From: an uncultured Thermoplasmatales archaeon
Lineage (GTDB): Archaea; Thermoplasmatota; SW-10-69-26; JACQPN01; CAZDGP01
Assembly (NCBI GenBank): GCA_964505085.1
Contig: CAZDGP010000001.1
Location: 93,292-138,225, forward strand
Length of the DNA stretch: 44,934 nucleotides
Direction: 5' to 3'
Shown: one piece after another, positions 16,461-23,933 of the stretch
How the letters are laid out: every line of letters begins with the position of its first letter
Position numbering within the stretch: position 1 is the first letter of the stretch
The notes under the pieces: generated by a model
Seen by the model: the letters and a program-made list of their open reading frames with translations, nothing else
Told to the model about the DNA's origin: nothing
Database searches by the model: none
Program-made: the position numbers and the translations under genes

Positions 16461-17731
16461 GTGGTCACCTCCCTCGTGTTGTCTGCGTCCTGGGTGCCAG
16501 TGGGTGACGACGCTGCATCAACCTCGCTCCCGTAGGCGCGGATGCGCGCGAGCAGGCTCTCGGCCCGGGTGCGGTTCACGGAGGGGTCCTCCGCCTCCAG
16601 GAGCTCCCGGATGCGCGGGTCCCCGGCGGCCTCCACGGCGCGGGCACGCTTGTCCTGCACGTGGTCCGGGATCTCATGGTGTCGCATGACCTCCTGTAGG
16701 GCGAGACGCTGCAACCGCCACCCCATGAGGTCGGGGCGGTCGCTGGGGATGTGGACGCTGTCGAGGTCCTGCCGGTGCACGCGGAAGTCCTCCGGACGCT
16801 CCAGGAGGAGCAACCCCAGGAGGGCTCCGCCCACGAGGGTGATGAAAGCGACGGAGCCAAGGATGGGGTCCTGGGTGCCCAGGACCGCCGCGGTGCCCGC
16901 CCCCCGCACCATGCCGGTGCCCAGGGGAGCGCGGTGGCGGGACTCGTCGAAGACCACGGTGCCGCCCTGGGGCAGGAGGGTGAAGACGAGGTCCCGGATG
17001 AAGGCGTCGTTGCGTGCGCCATCCATGTCCATGACGGCGTTGGTGAAGATGCCGGGGTCGCTCACGAAGACGATGACGCCGTCCCCCGCCTCCACCTGGA
17101 CGGCCACGGGGAAGGGGCCCTCCGTATCCGCGTCGTCGGAACGCCCGTTCCCGTTGAGGTCGATGTACGCGTTGGGGCTGGTGCGCGCGATGACGGTGGC
17201 GTCAGCGTCGGGAGCCACGCTCAGGCTCGTGGGCACGTTGGTCACGACGCGGAAGCTCCGATCGCCGAGGGTGGCGTTCACGGCGACGAAGCTGCGGTTC
17301 CCCGCGAAGTCGTCGTCGGAGAGCACCACCCCGTCGAAGCTCACGCCGAAACGGTTCGCAACGCTGTTCCCGGAGCCGAAGTCGTCGGCGAGGACCACGC
17401 GGCCCCCGTCCCGGACGAAGGCCTCGATGGCGTCCACCTCGCTGGAGCGGTACGCCTCCTCCACCCCGAGGACGAGCACGGCGTACCGCGAGGGGTTCTC
17501 GACGCCGCCGAGGAGGTGGGGTGACGTCTGGATGTTCCCCGTGGGGTACCCGTCGGCCGCCAGGGCCGTCCGGACCCGGCTCGCATCCCGGGTATCGTCC
17601 CCGTAGGCGCTGAGCTGGCGCTCGGGCCCGGTGAGGGTGGAGACCACGAGGGTTCCCACGAGGGCCACAGCGATGAAGATGAGTGCCATGCGCTTCCGCC
17701 GGGGAGACCATCCGCTCCAGGGAAGGTTCAT
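16457..17731 (-). CDS. DUF4350 domain membrane protein
   Basis: 424 aa from ATG 17731 (GGAGGTG 5 nt upstream). It has an N-terminal TM, an ectodomain with YAVLVLGVEE...AFVRDGGRVVLADDFGSG typical of DUF4350/GldG-like folds, a second TM near residue 320, and a cytoplasmic tail. Confidence 0.8.
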   Translation of the reverse strand: MNLPWSGWSPRRKRMALIFIAVALVGTLVVSTLTGPERQLSAYGDDTRDASRVRTALAADGYPTGNIQTSPHLLGGVENPSRYAVLVLGVEEAYRSSEVDAIEAFVRDGGRVVLADDFGSGNSVANRFGVSFDGVVLSDDDFAGNRSFVAVNATLGDRSFRVVTNVPTSLSVAPDADATVIARTSPNAYIDLNGNGRSDDADTEGPFPVAVQVEAGDGVIVFVSDPGIFTNAVMDMDGARNDAFIRDLVFTLLPQGGTVVFDESRHRAPLGTGMVRGAGTAAVLGTQDPILGSVAFITLVGGALLGLLLLERPEDFRVHRQDLDSVHIPSDRPDLMGWRLQRLALQEVMRHHEIPDHVQDKRARAVEAAGDPRIRELLEAEDPSVNRTRAESLLARIRAYGSEVDAASSPTGTQDADNTREVTT

Positions 17732-17798
17732 GGTCCCACCTCCGAGGCCGTGGAGCCGCGGGCGGGTTGCCACCTTGGCCCCCCGCGAGGCCGTGAGC

Positions 17799-20700
17799 TC
17801 ACGTGGGTTCACCTCCGGGGTTCCCGGGGGCGGTGACCCATCGCTTGCCCTCGCTCAGGTCCTGCTGGAGCGCACGGAGGTTCGCCACGGCGCGGTCCCG
17901 CATCTCCGGCCCGGCGGGGCGGACGCTGTACCGGGCCTCGTCGAAGATGTCCACGAGGGTGCGGAGGTGGTCCGGTTGCACCGGCAACGCATCCTCCGCC
18001 GCAGCCGCGAACTCCCGAGCGGTGAGGTCGGGACGGTCCTCGACATCGCTCACCCGGGACACGAGGGAGACGAGAGCGCGGTACGTCTGCATGATGACGG
18101 CCTCGTACTCGTTGCCTGCGGCCAGTTGCTCCTCCGCCGCGCGCAGGATGTCCCCCGCCTCCTCCACCAGGCCGCGACGCCACCGGAGGTACCCGTAGAT
18201 GCCCAGGCCCACGATGCCCAGAGCCAGGAGCGCCAGGAGGATGGGGGGTGCTGCCTGGGTGAAGGTGGATTCGCTGGCCACGAGCGTGGTGCTCGAGGTC
18301 TGGGGGAGCTGGGATTGGCTCCCGGTGAAGCGGGCGGTGACGTCGCTGGTGCCGGCGCTCGTGACGCGTCCGGGGAAGGTGGCGACACCGGTCTCGTTCG
18401 TGGTGAGGGTGATGGGGTAGCGGAAGCCGGAGAACCGCACGCGCACCTGGCTGTTCTTGATGGGGTCGCCCTCATCGTCCACGAGGCGGATGGTCCCCGT
18501 GAAGTCCTCACCCACCGTGAGATCCCGCGGTACCGTGACCTGGATGTTGGGCTTGCCCTGGATCTGCACCTCGCTGGCGTGGACGGCCTCCACGTGGTTC
18601 GAGTCCCCCGCGTACCGCACCTCCAGGATGGTGCTGCCCCGGGGAAGGTCCTGATCGAGACCGCCCTGCAGGAGGAAGCTCCCGTCGGGGCTCGTCCGAC
18701 CAGTCGTGACGAGGCTCCCGTTGACGAGAACCTTCACGGGAGCGTTCTTCACGGGCTCCCCGAGGTTCGTGTGGAGCTCGCCCTTGAGGGTGAAGACCTC
18801 CCCTCGGACCAGGGGTGTGAGGCTCCGCACCACGATGTTCGTGTCGGAGAGGACGCGGTAGTGGGCGGTGGCGGTGACGTCGCTGAAGCGGTTCGACCCC
18901 GGGTAGGATGCCTTCACCGTGACGTTCTGCGGTGAGAGCCTGGACCCGTCGAAGGTGAGTTGGAACCGGCCGCTGAAGTCCGTGAACGCCGTCTGCTCCA
19001 CCCCGTTGAAGCTCACGGTGATGGGAGCAGCCACCACGGGGCGGTCCTCCCCATCCACGAGGGTGCCGTTCACTGGGATGGGGCCCGTGCGCACCGTGCG
19101 GTCCGCGATGGTGAGTGATGTGTCGGCCCGCACATGGTAGAACGTGGAGACGGGGCCAGCAGGTGCCAGGGCACCGTCGGGGCTTCCGGCGTACTCCGCC
19201 CGCACCAGGGCGCTTCCCAGCGGTCGGTCCTCGGGGATGGGGTGGGTAACCTGGAAGCGTCCCTCGGCGTCGGTGGTGACGGTACCGAGGTCCGCGGTCT
19301 CGAAGACCACGCTCACGGGGGCGTCCGCCACGGCGTTCCCGAGGTTGTCGGTGAGGAACCCCTCCACCACCATCGTCTCACCGCGTGTCACGGGTTTCGC
19401 GGGGACGTCGAGGTGGGTGACGCTGCGGACGAAGGTCCGGTCCTGTGTGGTGCTCGATGCGTAGAGGGGGCTCCCCTGGAAGTCCGCGTGGACGCTCACG
19501 TTCCCGGGTTCCTGGATGGCGTCGGCGGGGAGCTCCACCCGGAAGGTGCTCGTGGCGTTGTCCACGGGCGCGGTGCGGGATCGGTTCCCCACCTGCAGCG
19601 TGACCTGGAGGGCATGGTCCACGGTGCTGTCGCGCACCGGGAGCCCCGCGAGGTCACGGAGCTCTCCACGGAGGACTAGGGGTTCTCCAAGTGCGCCCTT
19701 GTCCACGCTCACGAAGACCTGGGCCACCTGCTTCACCGTGACGATGCCGGCGTCGGTGCTCGCGGGGACGTGGCGGTCGTTCCCCTCGAAGGAGACGGAG
19801 ACCTTCCGGTTGCCCACGGGCGCCTTCTCCGATACGGGGACCCTGGCGGACCAACGGCCCTCGGAGTCGGTGGAGGTGGAGGTGGTGGCATCGAGGAACG
19901 ACACGTCCACGCGGGCGCCGGTCACGGGCAGCCCGCGGCTGTCCACGAGGCGACCGCTCGTGGGAAGGGTCCGACCGGCCACCGCGGTGAGGGTCTCGTC
20001 GTCCACGGAGGCCTCCAGGGTCGTGGGGAAGCGCACGTTCACGGGCACCGTCACCGTGGTGCCTTCCACGAGCTCGCTGTCAGGGAAGATGAGGGTGAGG
20101 TCGTGGGTTCCGGGGGCGTTGAAGGGTTCGGTGGGTTCGTCGAGGGTGATGGTGCCGGTGGCGTCCGTGGTGGCACGGGTGAGGACGCTTCCGCGCCATT
20201 CCACGCGGACGTCGCGGCTTGTCAGGGGATCACCCACGTCGTCGGTGAGGGTGAAGCTCCCCTGGAGGTTCCTCCCGTTCGTGAGGGCGACCTCCTCCGG
20301 CGCCTGCCACGTGCTCCCCGTGCGGATCGTGATGGAGTCCCCGACGGTGTGGGGGTCGGTGAAGGTGGTGAGGACGTCGTCCGTGCCGTAGCTCCAGACC
20401 ACGACCCGGTAGTCGAAGCCGGGGTCGAGGGTGCTCGTGTTCACACCCCACGAGACGGTGGACCCTGCAGCGCGCGGCGTCCCGAAGAGGGTGAGGTCCG
20501 CAGGCACCGACGTGGCGGTGGTCCGAGTGAGGTTCGCTGTGACCTCGAAGCTTCCGGAGCCGTCGGTGAAACCGACGCCGAGCACGCGCCCTTCCGCGGG
20601 TCGGGCCTCGCCGGCGTTGCTTACGGGCAGGAGGTTCACCAGCACCGGCACGTTCGCGAGGTCCGCGGATGCGTCGAGGCGCCCGGTGACGGTGACGTGC

Positions 20701-23700
20701 CCGCCCTTGTACGCCACGTTCTCCGAGCGGGGGTAGGTCACGTCCACGTTCTGGAACGACGGGGTGGGTCGGTCGTCGCTGCTTGGCCCCGTGACACGGC
20801 CCTCCTCCCAGACGTAGGAGCGCACGAGAGCGGGATCCCGCGGGTCGCGGTCCCCCGCGTTGTCGGGATCAAGGAGCGGGTGGGGGTCCTCGCCGTTGAA
20901 GTCGTTGAGACCGTCGTTGTCGTAATCGTAGTCGTTGCCGAGGACCGTGCTGGAGTCGACGATGACGCCGTCGGAGGCCCCGTCCCCGTCGGTGTCCTCC
21001 CGCACGGGGTTGGACCCGAACCACCACACGCCATCCGTCTCCAGGTTCCAGTCGTCGGGCATCCCGAGCTCGTACTCCTGTAGGTCGCTCAGGGCGTCGT
21101 CATCGTTGCGGGTGTCGGAGGTGTCGAGGCCGTAGCGCACCTCGTAGAAGGCCACCCACCCGTCGGGGAGCCCGTCACCGTCGGAGTCGGGCTTGGTGGG
21201 GTCGGTGGCGGGGGTGCGGGTCTCCTCCCCCAGGAAGACGCGCTCGCCGCCGTCGGTGACGAAGTACACGATGCCGGCATCCAGGAAGCGCTGGGTGGCG
21301 GTGGCGGAGAGCTCGGACTCCTTGAGGTCCGTGCCGTCCAGCAGCCCGTCGTTGTCGGTGTCGAAGTCCGCCACGTCGGTGGGGGGTGAGCGCGTGAGCT
21401 CCTCGCTGTTGGGGATACCGTCGAAGTCCACGTCCCCGTTGGGGTCGTCGTCCTTGGGGAACATGGGGTCCGTGTTGAAGTCCCCGCTCACCTCGTCCCC
21501 GTCGGGGATGCCCCCGAGGTCGCTGTCCTCGAGCACCGGGTCGGTTCCCTCCATGGCCTCCACGCGGTTCGAGAGGCCGTCGCCGTCGGCATCCCGGGAG
21601 GCCCCGCTGGGGTCGTGGGGGTTGAACTGGGCCCCGGCGCCGGCGGCCCGCTCCTTGTAGTACAGCTCCCACGTGTCCTCCATGCCGTCCCCGTCGGTGT
21701 CCAGCAGCGTGGGATCGGTGCTGGCGTTGAACTCGCCCCGGTACGTGAGGTCGAAACGACCCTGCACCTTCACGACGTCGCGTTGGCCACCGTCGGGGTC
21801 GGGCACGCTCTCGTAGGTTTGGGCCACGGTCTCGTTGTACGCGTCCACGAGGTCCGCGGGGGCCTCAGCGAAGCGGGTGTAGGTGAGGCTCTTGCTCACG
21901 TCGCCGGCATCCCGGGGGTCCAGGGGATCGAGGTCCACGGGTCGGCTGCTCCCGAGGCTCACCCGCTGGAAGAAGACCTCCCACCCGTCGGGGATGCCGT
22001 CACCGTCGGTGTCCTCGGCGTTGGGGTCGGTGCCTGACTCGAACTCCGCGAGGTTGTCGTGGACGTACGCGCGAGGCTTCACGTACCCCTCGGAGTAGGT
22101 GACGCCGTCCTCGTCGAGGTCCCGGTCGGCGTCGGTCTTGCCGTCGTTCAGGTCGAGGCTGTCCTCGTCGCTGGCGTTGAGGTTCCAGTTGCCGCGGTCG
22201 TAGTTCCATCGCGCGTACTTGTTCTCCCACGCGTCCGGGAGGCCCTCACCGTCGGTGTCCACGAGGGCCGGGTCGGTGACGGGGAGGAGGTACGTGTCCT
22301 TGCTCCCGGGTGCTGCCTCCCGCCGGGGCGGGTCGAGCTCCTCCCCGTCGGGGATGGTGTCGCAATCGCTGTCGGGGTCCACGATGTTGGGGATGCCGTC
22401 GCCGTCGATGTCCCCCTGGGGCGCCAGGGCGCTTCGGACCTCGTCCAGGGTGGTGGCGTCCACGCCCTGACAGGTGGTGAGTTGGCCCTGGTCCCGGATG
22501 CGGCTCAACCCGTCGTCGCTCATGGACTCGCGGGCGTTCCGCCAGTGGTCGAGCTCCGCCTTGTCCCGGAGGCCGTCCCCGTCGGTGTCGGGGTCGGTGG
22601 GGTCGAGCTTGGGTTCCACCTGGTAGAGCACCTCGAAGCTGTCGCTCAACCCGTCGAGGTCGGTATCGGGACTGCGGGGGTCGAGGCTGCAGGGGCCGTC
22701 GGGGCAGAACTCGAGCTGGCGACCGGCCACGGAGCCGAAGCCCCGTTGCTCGTCGCGGTCCGTGAGGAAGTCCCCGTCGGTGTCGGCCTTCGTGGGGTCG
22801 CTCGTCACATGGACCTCCTCGCCGTCCACCTTCACGGTCCATCCCTCCACCTCCTCAGGGTCGTCGAGGCCGTCACCGTCGGTGTCCCGGGAGCGGGGGT
22901 CGGAATCCACCTGCGCCTCCTGACGGTTGAGGAGCCCGTCATCGTCGAAGTCCCCGTCGGCGTCGCCGGGGTCCAGGGGGTCCAGTTGGTACCGGACCTC
23001 CCACCCGTCGTCCATGGTGTCCCCGTCGCTGTCGGGGTTCCGCGGGTCGAGCCAGGAGGCGTAGTCCTCACCCACCGTGGGGAGGCGTCCGGGGTTGAAG
23101 CTGTCCCGGCTCCACCGGAACTCCTCCAGGTTCGAGAGGCCGTCATCGTCGGGGTCCATGAAGGAGACGCCGGGCTCCGTGAGGTTCAGGTCGTGCTCCA
23201 GGAGGTACCCGTCGCTGATGCCGTGGCCTGCGGTGCTGTAGGCCACGGGGTTGGTGTGGTGCACGAAGATCTCGTCGGGGTCGCTGATCCCATCGTGGTC
23301 GGTGTCGGCGCTGAAGGGGTCGGTGCCGTGCTCCGCCTCCTCGATGTTGGTGAGGCCGTCCCCGTCGGGGTCCCCATCCGTTCCGGCGGCGGTCCGGGGA
23401 TCGAGGCCGTCGTAACGGCACTCGAAGGCATCGTCCATGCCATCCCCGTCGGTGTCGGCCTTCCAGGGATCGCTCCCGCACTGGAACTCCTCCAGGTTCG
23501 TGAGACCGTCACCGTCAGGGTCCTCGCCGCTGTCGTTGAGGAGGGGGTTCACGCTGTACGTGTTGCTGATGGGGTCCAGACGGCGATGTTCGGCCTCCCA
23601 CCCGTCGGGGATGCCGTCACCGTCGGTGTCGCTCCGCGCAGGGTCGGTGCCGTACGTGTAGAGCTCCTGGAGGTCGCTTACGTTGTCCCCGTCGGTGTCC

Positions 23701-23933
23701 AGGCGGTCCAGGCCCGTGTCCTGCCCCGCGCCGGAGGGCTCGATCTGGGCGGACTCCGTGTACGGTTGGCTGAAGCTGGAGGCGGCGAAGACCACGGCTG
23801 CGACGACGAGGAGCCCGGCCACCGCGAGGGGTACGATCCGTTGCTTGTTCTCACCGAGGTACCGCCGGAGGGCGGAGCGGTCCCGGAGGAGGTCCAGGGC
23901 GTCCTGGATGCTCTCCTTCACCACCGCCGCCAC
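17799..23933 (-). CDS. giant envelope protein D: signal-anchor, about 27 thrombospondin-type-3 repeats, 8 Ig-like repeats, second TM, cytoplasmic DUF4129
   Basis: 2044-aa ORF, longest form. The likely start is GTG 23924 or GTG 23921, the latter forming a GTGA overlap with the stop of protein C; GGAGGTG lies at 23937-23931. TM segments are at residues 33-54 and 1894-1916. The C-terminal YRALVSL...TAREFA...LVDIFDEARYS matches DUF4129. Confidence 0.9.
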   Translation of the reverse strand: MAAVVKESIQDALDLLRDRSALRRYLGENKQRIVPLAVAGLLVVAAVVFAASSFSQPYTESAQIEPSGAGQDTGLDRLDTDGDNVSDLQELYTYGTDPARSDTDGDGIPDGWEAEHRRLDPISNTYSVNPLLNDSGEDPDGDGLTNLEEFQCGSDPWKADTDGDGMDDAFECRYDGLDPRTAAGTDGDPDGDGLTNIEEAEHGTDPFSADTDHDGISDPDEIFVHHTNPVAYSTAGHGISDGYLLEHDLNLTEPGVSFMDPDDDGLSNLEEFRWSRDSFNPGRLPTVGEDYASWLDPRNPDSDGDTMDDGWEVRYQLDPLDPGDADGDFDDDGLLNRQEAQVDSDPRSRDTDGDGLDDPEEVEGWTVKVDGEEVHVTSDPTKADTDGDFLTDRDEQRGFGSVAGRQLEFCPDGPCSLDPRSPDTDLDGLSDSFEVLYQVEPKLDPTDPDTDGDGLRDKAELDHWRNARESMSDDGLSRIRDQGQLTTCQGVDATTLDEVRSALAPQGDIDGDGIPNIVDPDSDCDTIPDGEELDPPRREAAPGSKDTYLLPVTDPALVDTDGEGLPDAWENKYARWNYDRGNWNLNASDEDSLDLNDGKTDADRDLDEDGVTYSEGYVKPRAYVHDNLAEFESGTDPNAEDTDGDGIPDGWEVFFQRVSLGSSRPVDLDPLDPRDAGDVSKSLTYTRFAEAPADLVDAYNETVAQTYESVPDPDGGQRDVVKVQGRFDLTYRGEFNASTDPTLLDTDGDGMEDTWELYYKERAAGAGAQFNPHDPSGASRDADGDGLSNRVEAMEGTDPVLEDSDLGGIPDGDEVSGDFNTDPMFPKDDDPNGDVDFDGIPNSEELTRSPPTDVADFDTDNDGLLDGTDLKESELSATATQRFLDAGIVYFVTDGGERVFLGEETRTPATDPTKPDSDGDGLPDGWVAFYEVRYGLDTSDTRNDDDALSDLQEYELGMPDDWNLETDGVWWFGSNPVREDTDGDGASDGVIVDSSTVLGNDYDYDNDGLNDFNGEDPHPLLDPDNAGDRDPRDPALVRSYVWEEGRVTGPSSDDRPTPSFQNVDVTYPRSENVAYKGGHVTVTGRLDASADLANVPVLVNLLPVSNAGEARPAEGRVLGVGFTDGSGSFEVTANLTRTTATSVPADLTLFGTPRAAGSTVSWGVNTSTLDPGFDYRVVVWSYGTDDVLTTFTDPHTVGDSITIRTGSTWQAPEEVALTNGRNLQGSFTLTDDVGDPLTSRDVRVEWRGSVLTRATTDATGTITLDEPTEPFNAPGTHDLTLIFPDSELVEGTTVTVPVNVRFPTTLEASVDDETLTAVAGRTLPTSGRLVDSRGLPVTGARVDVSFLDATTSTSTDSEGRWSARVPVSEKAPVGNRKVSVSFEGNDRHVPASTDAGIVTVKQVAQVFVSVDKGALGEPLVLRGELRDLAGLPVRDSTVDHALQVTLQVGNRSRTAPVDNATSTFRVELPADAIQEPGNVSVHADFQGSPLYASSTTQDRTFVRSVTHLDVPAKPVTRGETMVVEGFLTDNLGNAVADAPVSVVFETADLGTVTTDAEGRFQVTHPIPEDRPLGSALVRAEYAGSPDGALAPAGPVSTFYHVRADTSLTIADRTVRTGPIPVNGTLVDGEDRPVVAAPITVSFNGVEQTAFTDFSGRFQLTFDGSRLSPQNVTVKASYPGSNRFSDVTATAHYRVLSDTNIVVRSLTPLVRGEVFTLKGELHTNLGEPVKNAPVKVLVNGSLVTTGRTSPDGSFLLQGGLDQDLPRGSTILEVRYAGDSNHVEAVHASEVQIQGKPNIQVTVPRDLTVGEDFTGTIRLVDDEGDPIKNSQVRVRFSGFRYPITLTTNETGVATFPGRVTSAGTSDVTARFTGSQSQLPQTSSTTLVASESTFTQAAPPILLALLALGIVGLGIYGYLRWRRGLVEEAGDILRAAEEQLAAGNEYEAVIMQTYRALVSLVSRVSDVEDRPDLTAREFAAAAEDALPVQPDHLRTLVDIFDEARYSVRPAGPEMRDRAVANLRALQQDLSEGKRWVTAPGNPGGEPT
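17859..18161 (-). other. DUF4129-like cytoplasmic tail domain of protein D
   Basis: Residues about 1925-2025, immediately after the TM segment PPILLALLALGIVGLGIYGYL and a RWRRG stop-transfer. It carries the T-x-R-E-F and ARYS motifs characteristic of DUF4129. Confidence 0.7.
18279..20711 (-). repeat. eight tandem ~95-100-aa beta-sandwich repeats (CarboxypepD_reg / bacterial Ig-like type) in protein D
   Basis: A recurring pattern G-x-L-x-D-x-x-G-x-P-V...V-x-V-x-F...T-D-x-x-G-x-F appears at residues about 1075-1885. Examples: GRLVDSRGLPVTGARVDVSF...TDSEGRW and GFLTDNLGNAVADAPVSVVF...TDAEGRF. Confidence 0.75.
20898..23705 (-). repeat. array of about 27 thrombospondin type-3-like Ca-binding repeats in protein D
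   Basis: D-x-D-x-D-G-x-x-[DN]-x-x-E motifs, for example DTDGDGIPDGWE (twice), DPDGDGLTNLEE and DTDGDGMDDAFE, counted by eye between residues 77 and 1012. The plus-strand DNA core CCGTCGGTGTC recurs at least 10 times. Confidence 0.85.

Noticed and set aside
20898-23705. Possible CRISPR-like or tandem DNA repeat array, suggested by the recurring CCGTCGGTGTC strings.
   Set aside because: Spacing is irregular. The repeats are in frame inside a continuous ORF and encode the DTDGDG Ca-binding motif. They are protein-level repeats, not a CRISPR or satellite array.
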